From: Eledone cirrhosa
Lineage: Eukaryota
DNA: 64,000 nt
Assembly: GCA_964016885.1 (NCBI GenBank)
Contig: OZ024741.1
Location: 111,104,001 to 111,168,000, forward strand
Direction: 5' to 3'
In this document: positions 53,539 through 64,000 of the stretch, in pieces
Position numbering within the stretch: the first letter of the stretch is position 1
Layout: every line of letters begins with the position of its first letter
Position numbers and translations under genes: made by a program
Notes under the pieces: model-generated
The model's database searches: none
What the model was told of the DNA's origin: nothing
The model's input: the letters and a program-made list of their open reading frames with translations, nothing else

Positions 53539-53912
53539 TTATAAAAATAATATCAATAGTTAATAATCATAGTAATAATCGTATGTAAACATAAATATTT
53601 GATATTTGTTCATGAGGTTTTTTGTTTTGATTTAATTTTCCATGCTCGTATAGAATAATGCAGCCAAATCAAGATCAGATCCCTGCTCATTTGCATTCAG
53701 CTTCAGAAAGAAAATAATTTAGAACCTTTAATTTTTTCTTCAACAATGTTCATTTTAAAATACTGTGTAAGGAACAGTAGATAACACTATGTCCAGTGTT
53801 GAAATAGCTTTTTTTTAAAAATTGCTTCATTCTAATTTCTGTGGATAATGGTACATCCAGTTTTGAAATAATATATACTTGATATGATCGTATGATAGCA
53901 AAGAAATGCTAA

Positions 53913-54661
53913 TCTATACATATATATAAAACTGAAATTGTCTGTGTGTGTCCGTCCTAATTTTTGCAAAGTCTATACAAATCCATATTTCTACTTCGAT
54001 TGACTTCAAACTTGCATTTATATATTCCTTGCGGTCTAAAGATATTAACTGCAGCTTTTATTTTCCAATTTTCTGTTGTTAAAGGCGTTTTTTTCACTAA
54101 AACTGTAAGACCTTTTTGTTGACAATTTTGTCTACATTGTTCAAGAGTGACAACTCTTTAGTATTTTGAAAGAATTACCTCTCTTTATAGACTATATTAT
54201 CTCTACTTAAACGTACATCCCTTGAAATTGTTGATGGTGACCCCAATAGTAACTCTGAAGTGTTCGGTATCCGATATAACAGTTCGGTCTATAGCAGATT
54301 GGGTAGATTTTTGTAACCTTAAAAGTATCCAACTAAATTTCTTCATGCTCTCTGTAATCCTACATGCTTACTGCTCTGTAACTTTCATTGTACCATAGCA
54401 CAACAAATACATGTTCGGTTTGTCAAATGCCTTTTTACTTAACCCTATCATCTTGGCTTTCGTGGGTTGAACATTTTACTCTCAGGCACCCAATTAAGTT
54501 AAACCCCTGGTAATCTACGACAAATTTTTTTTATAAGCACAAAATTTAGACACCATCCCCAGGACGAGATATTTCGTACTTCTCTGTACTGTTTCAGAAA
54601 GGAAGGATAATCATGCCAATCTATGTTTAGAAGCCCGAGCAACGCCGGGCCATTCTGCTAG
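53913..54661 (+). mobile_element. Non-autonomous Helitron
   Basis: A|TCTATAC start; 3' hairpin GCCCGAGCAACGCCGGGC (54633-54650); CTAG|T end. Confidence 0.88.
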
Positions 54662-55088
54662 TGTTGATATATACTAGCTAGAAATGATAATGCAGCATGT
54701 ATCTCCATACCAGATACATACCACAGAAAGACAAGATGGAATAAATAAAACAAAATCAAGATGCAGAGGAGCAACAATAGTCATTGCATAGGTGACAGAA
54801 TGTGTGATGAAAAACCTTTGAAGATCAAATATCCATTTAATTACTAAAGTAACCAAGGATGGGATAAGTGACTTGACTAATAATTAAACCAAAGGGAATC
54901 TCAATTGAGGTCTGTTTTTATTGTCAGCAAGACCCTCCCAAAATATAACTATGTTTCAATGCATGATTTCACATCAAGAATCTTGCAAAACAAATACAAA
55001 AACGAAGTAATATTATAAACCAAACACCTAACTAACTTAAATTTTTATTATATATATATCCATATATTTATTTTTCTGTTTCAGAAAT

Positions 55089-55304
55089 ATGGGAAATACT
55101 GTGAAATATGGCTCACAATCTAAGTGGTTCAATTCAATTGATGAATCTCTTCATCAGGAAAGAATACAGTTTCTCAACCAAAGTGATACCCCTGATATTA
55201 GTGAGATACAGCTTGGAGAATTGAAAAAGTATGAATACCCTTTTGAGAATTTGGTATTTGAGGGTGGAGGAAACAAAGGTATATCATATTGTGGCTCCTT
55301 AAAG
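55089..55304 (+). CDS. Patatin-like phospholipase (ExoU/VipD-like), first coding exon
   Basis: Acceptor ttttctgtttcag at 55084, ATG at 55089, ENLVFEGGGNKG oxyanion motif, donor gtgaga in phase 0. Confidence 0.88.
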
Positions 55305-55381
55305 GTGAGATTTTCTATATTATCATAAACCACATATATTTATATTAGACTGAAAGTTAATTTAGTATTTCCCATATATAT

Positions 55382-55570
55382 ATCATCATCATCATCATCA
55401 TCACCATTTTACGTCCGTTCTTCCACGCTAGCATGGGTTAGACGGGTTGTCCTGTTGTGGGCAGTGTCTGGTCGGCTGACCATGCCTTGCTCATACAGGA
55501 ACTGATTTGGCTTGATTTCTACAGCTGGATGCCCTTCCTAACAGGGCATCCAGCTGTAGAAATCAAGCCA
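55382..55570 (-). mobile_element. RTE tail fragment ending in a 28-bp foldback
   Basis: Matches 11302-11465; 55508-55535 and 55543-55570 are exact inverted copies. Confidence 0.88.
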
Positions 55571-55699
55571 TATATATATATATCAGATTCCAGTGTCAGG
55601 AACGAACATTATTCAATTGTTCCTTGAGCTGATCGGCAGTGAAACATATGTAATATTTAATTAAATATGTATATGATGCAATACTGATTTTTTGTTCCC

Positions 55700-56960
55700 T
55701 ATTCATTACGGCTCATCTTCAAATTCTTGTGGAGGGGACAAGTTCCGTTGGTGAAGCGGTCCATCTGCTGCCAGCACCCTCTACGCGGAGGGCTGGGCAT
55801 GCCGTGGCTAATGATGCGCAGACATGCATTGAGGCTGCGACATCTCCAGATATTCTGCCTCAACGGTGAACAGGTGTGGTCGCCGTTTATCAGACGGGCC
55901 TTTTCGCAGCTCATTTCTTTGACTGAGCTGCAGTGCTGGGTCAAGAAGAGACCGAGACTGGGTGACTGGCACTTGGAATGTTGCCAGGCACTCACTGCTC
56001 TCTACCAAGCGGGCAATGCGATCAGTGGAACTTCCACTCTCGAGTTCTATAGAGGATTAGTGGTGGGCAAGTGCGATGACGCACTTGGAGAAGCTTTGGG
56101 CCTCGACGAAGTCGAACTGACCAGTCTGTACCGGAGGACTTTTGAGCCGGGGACGATGGACAATTTCCAGAAATCCCTAGCTTGGCAGTGCTACCGGGGG
56201 GCACTGCCGGTTCGGGATAAACTCTACAGGCACGGAAGTGCTGTCAGATGGACCTGCCCAAGATGCGCACAGAACGACGAAAGCGTTCTGCACGCACTTG
56301 TCCAATGTCCGTGCATTACTGACTTGTGGAGTTATGTGGCACAGCTACTGTCGCGTGTGAAACGAATCCGGCTATCGGCCGAGTCCATAGTGACGATCGA
56401 CCCACCGCCTTCCTTAGGTCAGGAAGAGCAGGAAATTTTCCTATGTCTGGTGGCAGTTGCGAAAGAGGTTATATGGTGGACCAGGTTAAAAGGACTAAAG
56501 ACAGACACTCTTCTCTTCGGCCAATCCCTCATCAACTTCTTCAAGTTTCACCTGGAAAGGAAGGTGAGGGTGGAGAGAGAAGTGCTGCCCCCCAGTACAT
56601 TTTCTAAAAGGTGGGTGAATGTGGCGAGAATGGCTCGTGTGAATGGGCCTACTCTGACCATGCGCCTATAGGCTAGCTAACTTGAGGAGAGGGGTGCTCT
56701 CCCTTGGTTCCCTAGAAGTGCAGGGTGGTTCAGGATTGGTGGGGTACTCGAGTCACCCCAGGGTCGTCCACCCCCTATCGGGGAATTTATTTTGTTATAT
56801 TTATGCATAGTTTATTTTATATTTTTATATCTTCATTGTTAAATTAGTCTTGCTATTGTGCACTTTTACTCAACCGTATTGTAAACCCCCACTGTCCCTG
56901 TCTTTGTATTGTCCCCTACATGTCGGCCCTTGTGGCTAATAAATGAAATCATTATTATCA
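55700..56960 (+). mobile_element. 3' fragment of an L1/Tx1-like LINE (intron 1)
   Basis: ORF 55727-56671 has GGLGMP and a zf-RVT (LPVRDKL..CPRC...ESVLHALVQC); AATAAA then (TAT/CAT)n tail. Confidence 0.85.
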
Positions 56961-57022
56961 TCATCATCATCATCATCATTATTATTATTATTATTATTAT
57001 TATTAAAATAAATAAAGAAATC

Positions 57023-57075
<53 letters not shown>

Positions 57076-57819
57076 CAAGGAAACAACAAACAGAGGTATA
57101 TATATGTGTGGCTGAGTGTGTGTGTATGTATGTGTCTTAGCATTTTCAGTACCATATTTTCAATGAAAGACACTGCCTATGATTTTCAATTAAATCAAGA
57201 ATTTGGAAGGATTTAGTAATATAACTAGCTTTCTCATTATTAACATGGTGTTTTGAATAAATCTTAACAAAGCTTCTTATATAAAATTATGATGAAATGT
57301 TTATTAGATAAATATAAACACTTTAAAACAAAGAGTATTGTATCATAGAACCAAGGGCAGTTTCAGGTGATTTGGTACCAAGAGGGTTAAATACATGTTC
57401 CAAATTCAAATTCAAACACACACAGACATTCTCACTCACAACTACTCAATCAACTATCCATCCACTCATCCACCACTCATTCCCTCACTATGAAAATCAA
57501 TTCTCTCTCTACAACAGAAGCTGATTTCTATAGAAGTGGTGATAGTAAAATAGTCACAACCTTTGTTGTTTTGAGGTCTATGTAATCACATTATAAAGAT
57601 AGTATGGATTTTGTTCAGAGTTATTTGACTGTCACAGTGGGTATGTTAAGGCATTTATGTTCTCTATACTAGTATAAGGTAGTGGTTATAACACAGATGT
57701 TAGAATGCTGAACTAGAATACATTTTGTTATTTGCAGTTCTTTATCATATATTACTCAGTTTGATTCCAGCTGAGGCTAAATTTTAAATTTAATTCTACT
57801 TTGGTTAAATAAATAATGT

Positions 57820-58480
57820 GTTAGGTAAGCAAAGGGCTCTTAACTCCTGGTGGAGTCATAAGGACTTCGTCCTGACACATATTGTGTCTTGGGCATTTTA
57901 AACCTGGTGGATTGCATCCCTCTCCAGGTTGAAACAGCTGGTTTCTTCTGGAGAAAGAGAGGTAGTGAGAGAGAAATCTAGAGGAAGAATTGATCCTAGC
58001 ACTGGACTGGTAGTGCAGGTTTGATATAAGGTATTTAGTTTCCATGTAGATGTATGGAAGTTTAGGGACAAATGCAGAGTGGGTGTGTTTGGAAGTGAAA
58101 GCAAGCAAGCCATTTATGTTTTGAAGGAAGACTATAAGGGAAAAACCATGAACCTTAGAGTACACAAGAGTACACGACCATCAAAGCTAAGAGACAATCA
58201 TGGAAATACTGGGAATATGTGGGCAGCAAAGAATAATATCAAGTAACTAAATAAATCAATATATCAGAATGTGTGAGTGGGCAGGGTGCTAAGCTGGAAG
58301 AAGCCTAAACTGGGAGATAAACTAAGGAGAATGTGCAACCATCTTGCCATGCTGACAGGAGTCTAAAGTAGGGAGAGCCTAAGGGGAGGGTGTAGCTGTC
58401 TTTACATGCTGATATGGATTAGACAATGAAAGATGTGACAAGAATTGAACACACAGCCTTCAACACCCTATCCACTAGAA
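57820..58480 (-). mobile_element. Probable highly decayed LINE 3' fragment (CR1/L2-group-like)
   Basis: Weak resemblance of minus-strand frames to the RT C-terminal S.F.P.T..LWN.L region; many indels. Confidence 0.35.
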
Positions 58481-58519
58481 ATTCAAAAGCTTATATAACA
58501 ATAATAAGCATTTCTTTAA

Positions 58520-58740
58520 CCATTTAGCATTTACATTACTCTATATTTACTATTATATTTTCACAGTAAAGGCTTTACCTCACATAATTATCTCACATAA
58601 TATCGAATCTATGTGATCTTGATATTTTTTATTTTGAGAACAATACCTTAACGTCAGTATGAGGGCCCAGTTACAGCTGGTTTGAACAGGAATAGGTGAG
58701 AGAATTCTGGTTGTATATGTCCAATTTAAATGCTAACGGG
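58520..58740. mobile_element. TTAA-specific MITE (piggyBac-like)
   Basis: TTAA|CCATTTAGCATTTA...TAAATGCTAACGGG|TTAA; related truncated copy at ~50580-50780. Confidence 0.78.
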
Positions 58741-59006
58741 TTAATATTGTGTAAAAGAATCAAGAATTGTTTAGTCAATAAAAGATATATATATATATTA
58801 ATTCATACAGTATTGGGTTTTAAAAATGAATGAAAGGCAAGTTAATCCTGAAGAAGATGATGAGGAGGAAGAGAAAGATAAGGATGATGATGATCAGGAG
58901 GAGGTTGAGGACAAGGGTGATGATGATGATAATGATGGGAGTGATGAATTATGCTATTTTGTTTCTTTTTTTAAATTGAATATTGTTTTCTTGCTTTATT
59001 TGAAAG

Positions 59007-59154
59007 GTACTAGAAGAACTTGGTGTCCTAAATAACACTAAAAGACTGGCTGGTGCCAGTGCTGGGGCAATGGTAGCAGCATTAGTCAGTGTGGGTGTTT
59101 CAAGTAATGAACTTTTGAACTATTTAAGTCAAGACATTGGAAAGTTGATGCTTG
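59007..59154 (+). CDS. Patatin-like phospholipase, coding exon 2
   Basis: ag|VLEELGVLNNTKRLAGASAGAMVAAL...|gtaagt; GxSxG nucleophile elbow; phase 0 to 1. Confidence 0.9.
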
Positions 59155-59162
59155 GTAAGTAA

Positions 59163-60315
59163 TACTGTAATATTTTGGTGGGAAGGTGTGGCTATATCAT
59201 ATGGTACTGTAATATTTTGGTGGGAAGGTAGGCTATATCATATAGTACTGTAATATTTTGGTGGGAAGGTGTGGCTATATCATATAGTACTGTAATATTT
59301 TGGAGGGAAAGTGTGGCTATATCATATAGTACTGTAATATTTTGGTGGGAAGGTGTGGCTATATCATATAGTACTGTAATATTTTGGTGAGAAGGTGTGG
59401 CTATATCATATAGTACTGTAATATTTTGGAGGGAAAGTGTGGCTATATCATATAGTACTGTAATATTTTGGAGGGAAAGTGTGGCTATATCATATGGTAC
59501 TGTAATATTTTAGTGGGAAGGTGTGGCTATATCATATAGTACTGTAATATTTTGGAGGGAAAGTGTGGCTATATCATATGGTACTGTAATATTTTAGTGG
59601 GAAGGTGTGGCTATATCATATAGTACTGTAATATTTTAGTGGGAAGGTGTGGCTATATCATATAGTACTGTAATATTTTGGTGGGAAGGTGTGGCTATAT
59701 CATATAGTACTGTAATATTTTGGTGGGAAGGTGTGGCTATATCATATAGTACTGTAATATTTTGGAGGGAAAGTGTGGCTATATCATATAGTACTGTAAT
59801 ATTTTGGTGGGAAAGTGGCTATATCATATAGTACTGTAATATTTTGGTGGGAAGGTGTGGCTATATCAGATAGTACTGTAATATTTTGGTGGGAAAGTGG
59901 CTATATCATATAGTACTGTAATATTTTGGTGGGAAGGTGTGGCTATATCAGATAGTACTGTAATATTTTGGTGGGAAAGTGTGGCTATATCATATAGTAC
60001 TGTAATATTTTGGTGGGAAAGTGGCTATATCATATAGTACTGTAATATTTTGGTGGGAAGGTGTGGCTATATCATATAGTACTGTAATATTTTGGTGGGA
60101 AGGTGTGGCTATATCATATAGTACTGTAATATTTTGGTGGGAAGGTGTGGCTATATCATATAGTACTGTAATATTTTGGTGGGAAGGTGTGGCTATATCA
60201 TATAGTACTGTAATATTTTGGTGGGAAAGTGGCTATATCATATAGTACTGTAATATTTTGGTGGGAAGGTGTGGCTATATCACATGGCTATATCATATAG
60301 TACTGTAATATTTTG
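59163..60315. repeat. 42-bp minisatellite, ~27 copies
   Basis: gtactgtaatattttggtgggaaggtgtggctatatcatata. Confidence 0.97.
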
Positions 60316-60687
60316 ATGGAATGTATAACAATATCATGTGATTATAATAATAATAATGAAAATGATTGTGTACAGTGCTCAGGTGCACTACAACTCATCA
60401 AAAGTGCATGTATAGTATATAGAATAATGTACAAATGTCAGGAAAGTGAACAGTGTATGAGTCATGATATACACACAGATAAATATGTGTGTGTATGGAG
60501 GGGGAATTTCAGGTGTAGTGTTGGAAAATTTGGGGAAGCATGGAAGCTTTGAAGGCTGCAGAGTCCCGACAGCTAACAACTGATGCAGATAGTTTGTTCC
60601 ATGCTTCAGAAACTCTAAGTATGAAAAAATGTTTCCAAAAGTCATGGGACCTGTACTGTTTTCGGGAGCTGTGCTGTTTTCTTAGCA

Positions 60688-61285
60688 ATATTAATGTAGC
60701 AATGTAATATTTTGGTGGAAAGATGTGACTATATCACATGATAGTGGTGATATTAATGTAGTAATGTAATATTTTGGTAGAAGTTGTGGATATATCACAT
60801 GAAAGTAGTGATATTAATGTAGTAATGTAATATTTTGGTGGGAAGGTGTGGCTATATCACATGATAGGGGTGATATTAATGTAGTAATGTAATGTTTTGG
60901 TGGAAAGGTGTAGTTATATCATATGATAGCAGTGATATTAATGTAGTAATGTAATATTTTGGTGGGAAGGTGTGGCTATATCACATGATCGGGGTGATAT
61001 TAATGTAGTAATGTAATGTTTTGGTGGAAAGGTGTAGTTATATCATATGATAGCAGTGATATTAATGTAGTAATGTAATATTTTGGTGGGAAGGTGTGGT
61101 TATATCACATGATAGTGGTGATATTAATGTAGTAATGTAATATTTTGGTAGAAGTTGTGGATATATCGCATGACAGTAGTGATATTAATGTAGCATTGTA
61201 ATATTTTAGTGGGAATGTATGAATATACCACATGATAGTGATGACAATGTAGTAATGTAATATTTTGGTGGGAATGTATGACTAT
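60688..61285. repeat. ~61-62-bp minisatellite, ~10 copies, related to the 42-bp unit
   Basis: gatattaatgtagtaatgtaatattttggtgggaaggtgtggctatatcacatgata. Confidence 0.93.
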
Positions 61286-61341
61286 AACAGACTACAGTAC
61301 TACAGATCCATGGTCTTTCGAGACCGACGGATGCCAATAAT

Positions 61342-61566
61342 AGTGATTTCTACTATAGGCACAAGGCAAGCATTTGGGGGAAGTAATACACTGAGTCGAT
61401 TAAATCGACCCAGTGTATTACTGGTGCTTTATTTTATCGACCCCGTAAGGATGAAAGGCAAAGCTCACCTCGACGGAAATTGAACTCAAAACGTAAAGGG
61501 CCGTAACACTATGCAGCGAAGCAGGGAGTCCGACACTCTAGCAATACTGCCAATCCACCGCCCTAT
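61342..61566 (-). mobile_element. tRNA-derived SINE (longer-tail variant)
   Basis: TSD ggatgccaataata; same core. Confidence 0.88.
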
Positions 61567-61976
61567 GGATGCCAATAATAATAAATTTTAACATCCTGTT
61601 CTATATGAAACTTCATTATTGAAAAGTAAAAAAAACAGCAATATGACTGCATCACATAAAAAGACTTTTATTCACAAGTATAGACAATATAAATATTGAA
61701 TCATCCCACATTTGTTTTAATTATTTTCTGTTAATTCCGTACAGTATGTTAAGAGTTAATGGAGAATTATAAAGTTTTTTTGTTTTTGTTTTTTTAAAGA
61801 AGTGAATATTTTATTGTATCGAAATAAACATGTATGAAATTACATAATAGCAAAGTTCACATATTTTTCCCTAACAAATATGCTGATAATATAAATAACT
61901 TGAAATTATAAAGACAAATACCATAGCAGTCAAACATAGATAATGTGGTTATTACATGATAGTAGGGATATTAATA

Positions 61977-62148
61977 TAATTGTTTCTACTTTAGGCACAA
62001 GGCCAGCAATTACCCAGTGCATTACTGGTACTTTATTTCATCGACCCCGTAAGGATGAAAGGCAAAGTCAACCTCGGCAGGATTTGAACTCCGATCGTAA
62101 AGGGACGTAACTATGCTGGAAAGCATGGTGTCTGACCCTCTACCGATA
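61977..62148 (-). mobile_element. tRNA-derived SINE
   Basis: Same family core and tail. Confidence 0.85.
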
Positions 62149-62246
62149 ATATTAGTTTTATGGAAGATGAAGATTATTTGCCACCTCATAGCAATAGAAT
62201 GTGTCTATATCCCATTACTCAAACTAATTTACAATTACATGGCTTT

Positions 62247-63771
62247 TGAGAGCTATACAAGCATGTATAAAGAAACAGTCAGTAAGGTTAGAATTAACAA
62301 TGAATATAGTGAAGAATTTAGTGTAAAAGTTGGTGTTCATCAAGGCTCTGTCCTTAGCCCCCTCCTATTTATTATTGCCCTTCAGACCATAACAGAGGAG
62401 TTTAAGAGCGGCTGCCCATGAGAACTCCTATACGCAGATGATCTAACTCTCATAGCTGAATCTATGCTGAACTAGAGAAAAAATTCCAAACATGGAAGCA
62501 TGGCCTAGAATCAAAAGGCCTTAAAGTTAACTTGTCTAAGACTAAAGTTCTAGTTTGTAGAAAGGAAAATGGGGCACAGGTGCCCTCTGGGAAATGGTCA
62601 TACTCAGTTTGTAGGAAAGGAGTAGGGAGAAATTCCATTTTATGTCCCAAATGCAAAGTATGGGTGCATAAAAGATGTAGTGGGATCACAGGTAAACTAT
62701 CTAAGAATGTGCATTTTATATGTGGCCGATGCTCAGGTGCAATAAGTAGCAAGTGCCCACAGGATACTAGCTCCTTCTATTGCCCAGATGGTTCTATAGA
62801 AATAGTGGACACTTTCCGTTACCTGGGTGACAAAATCAGCTTGGTGGAGGGTGCTCTGAAAGTACAGTAGCCAGAGTCAGAATGGGATGGAAAAAGTTCA
62901 GAGAGCTTATACCACTGTTGGTCACAAAAGGTTTCTCTCTAAAAATGAAAGGCAGATTGTATGATGCCTGTATATGAACAGCAATGTTACATGGCAGTGG
63001 GACATGGACATTGTGTGCAGAGGACCTGCACAGAATGGAGAGGAACGAAGCATGCATGCTCCGTTGGATGTGTAATAGTAATATACGTGAACAGCAAAAC
63101 ATAAATGAACTAAGTGAGAAATTAGGAATAAGAGGGATCAGATGCTGTTTACTTGAGAGAAGACTACGTTGGTATGGTCAGGTGATGCGCATGAAAGACG
63201 ACAGCTGCATAAAAAAGTGCAGGGCAATCAAAATTGATGGAAGTTACGGAGTAGGTAGACCCAGAAAAACCTGGGACGATTTGATAAATTCCGACCTTAC
63301 ACACTTGCACCTCATTAAGACAATGTCACTGGACCGAGATCTTTGGCGCCACGCAGTAACACAGAAGACCCGCCTTGCCTATGTACAAAGCGAAACCTAC
63401 AGTCGGTAGGCAAATATACACCACAATCCGCTACCCCTAACCTATCCTGCCACTCCCACCAACACCACCCTCTCTCTGTAAAGTTGGTACCACAACATCC
63501 AGTCCAAATAAATGAGATAATGAGATCGAGATCGTGTAGGTGTCACGACAAAAAAAACACACAGTTCACGCTGTAATGTGGTCGTGTAGGTGACATGGTA
63601 AAAAGTTCCCAGTCGACACTGTAAATGTGGTTGGTGTTAGGAAGGGCATCCAGCCGTAGAAAACCCGCCAGATAGTCCTATATGAGCGAGACACGGTCAC
63701 CCGACCAACCTTGCCCCAAATTGGGACAACTCCCATCTAACCCATGCTAGCGTGGAAGATAGACGTTAAAC

Positions 63772-63800
<29 letters not shown>
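62247..63800 (+). mobile_element. 5'-truncated decayed RTE LINE in intron 2
   Basis: QGSVLSPLLF, YADD, PHD cluster, GRPRKTW, (GAT)n tail at 63772-63800. Confidence 0.92.
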
Positions 63801-63804
<4 letters not shown>

Positions 63805-63830
63805 TGCTAATAAATATATTTCTTTTGTAG

Positions 63831-63967
63831 ATCATAAATGGGGATATTTAAGCCTTTTACCAAACCTACTTAAGGACTATGGCTGGAATCCTGGCAAAAA
63901 AATTGATGAATGGTTTAGAAAAGTATTTTTAGAAAAAACTGGAAATCCAAACATTACATTCTGGGAG
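63831..63967 (+). CDS. Patatin-like phospholipase, coding exon 3
   Basis: tttcttttgtag|(D)HKWGYLSLLPNLLKDYGWNPGKKIDEWF...GNPNITFWE|gtaagt; phase 1 matches exon 2. Confidence 0.88.
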
Positions 63968-64000
63968 GTAAGTATTTTCTAACTTCCTGATTGATTATTA

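Noticed and set aside
58826-59035. Acidic D/E-rich ORF before exon 2
   Set aside because: (GAT/GAG)n-like intronic low complexity; out of frame with the patatin exon.
59163-60315. Regular repeat array resembling CRISPR
   Set aside because: Head-to-tail units with no unique spacers, no cas genes, and inside a eukaryotic intron.

Overview
AT-rich, repeat-saturated animal genomic DNA, most likely a cephalopod (octopus); this is inferred from the SINE families, the abundance of RTE, R4/Dong and Penelope elements, and the very long (TA/CA)n tracts. Only one host gene is supported: three spliced coding exons of an ExoU/VipD-like patatin phospholipase (55089-63967, +, continuing past the window). 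The rest is nested mobile DNA: RTE LINEs carrying a PHD finger inside the RT, a near-complete CsRn1-type Ty3/Gypsy LTR element, R4/Dong, CR1-group and L1/Tx1 fragments, several Penelope-like elements (mostly Naiad-type GIY-YIG), two non-autonomous Helitrons, a TTAA MITE, tRNA-derived SINEs and minisatellites. The most striking unannotated signal is at least eight hammerhead ribozyme motifs read directly from the sequence, plus degenerate ones. Three have very long or branched stem II, and four have a U-U opposition at the base of stem II. They sit in inverted Penelope-type terminal repeats (including a ~1.4-kb-arm foldback around a lone GIY-YIG ORF) and in non-coding retrozyme-like units. Most ORFs in the supplied track are microsatellite translations or antisense shadows. 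All alignments and folds were done by eye.
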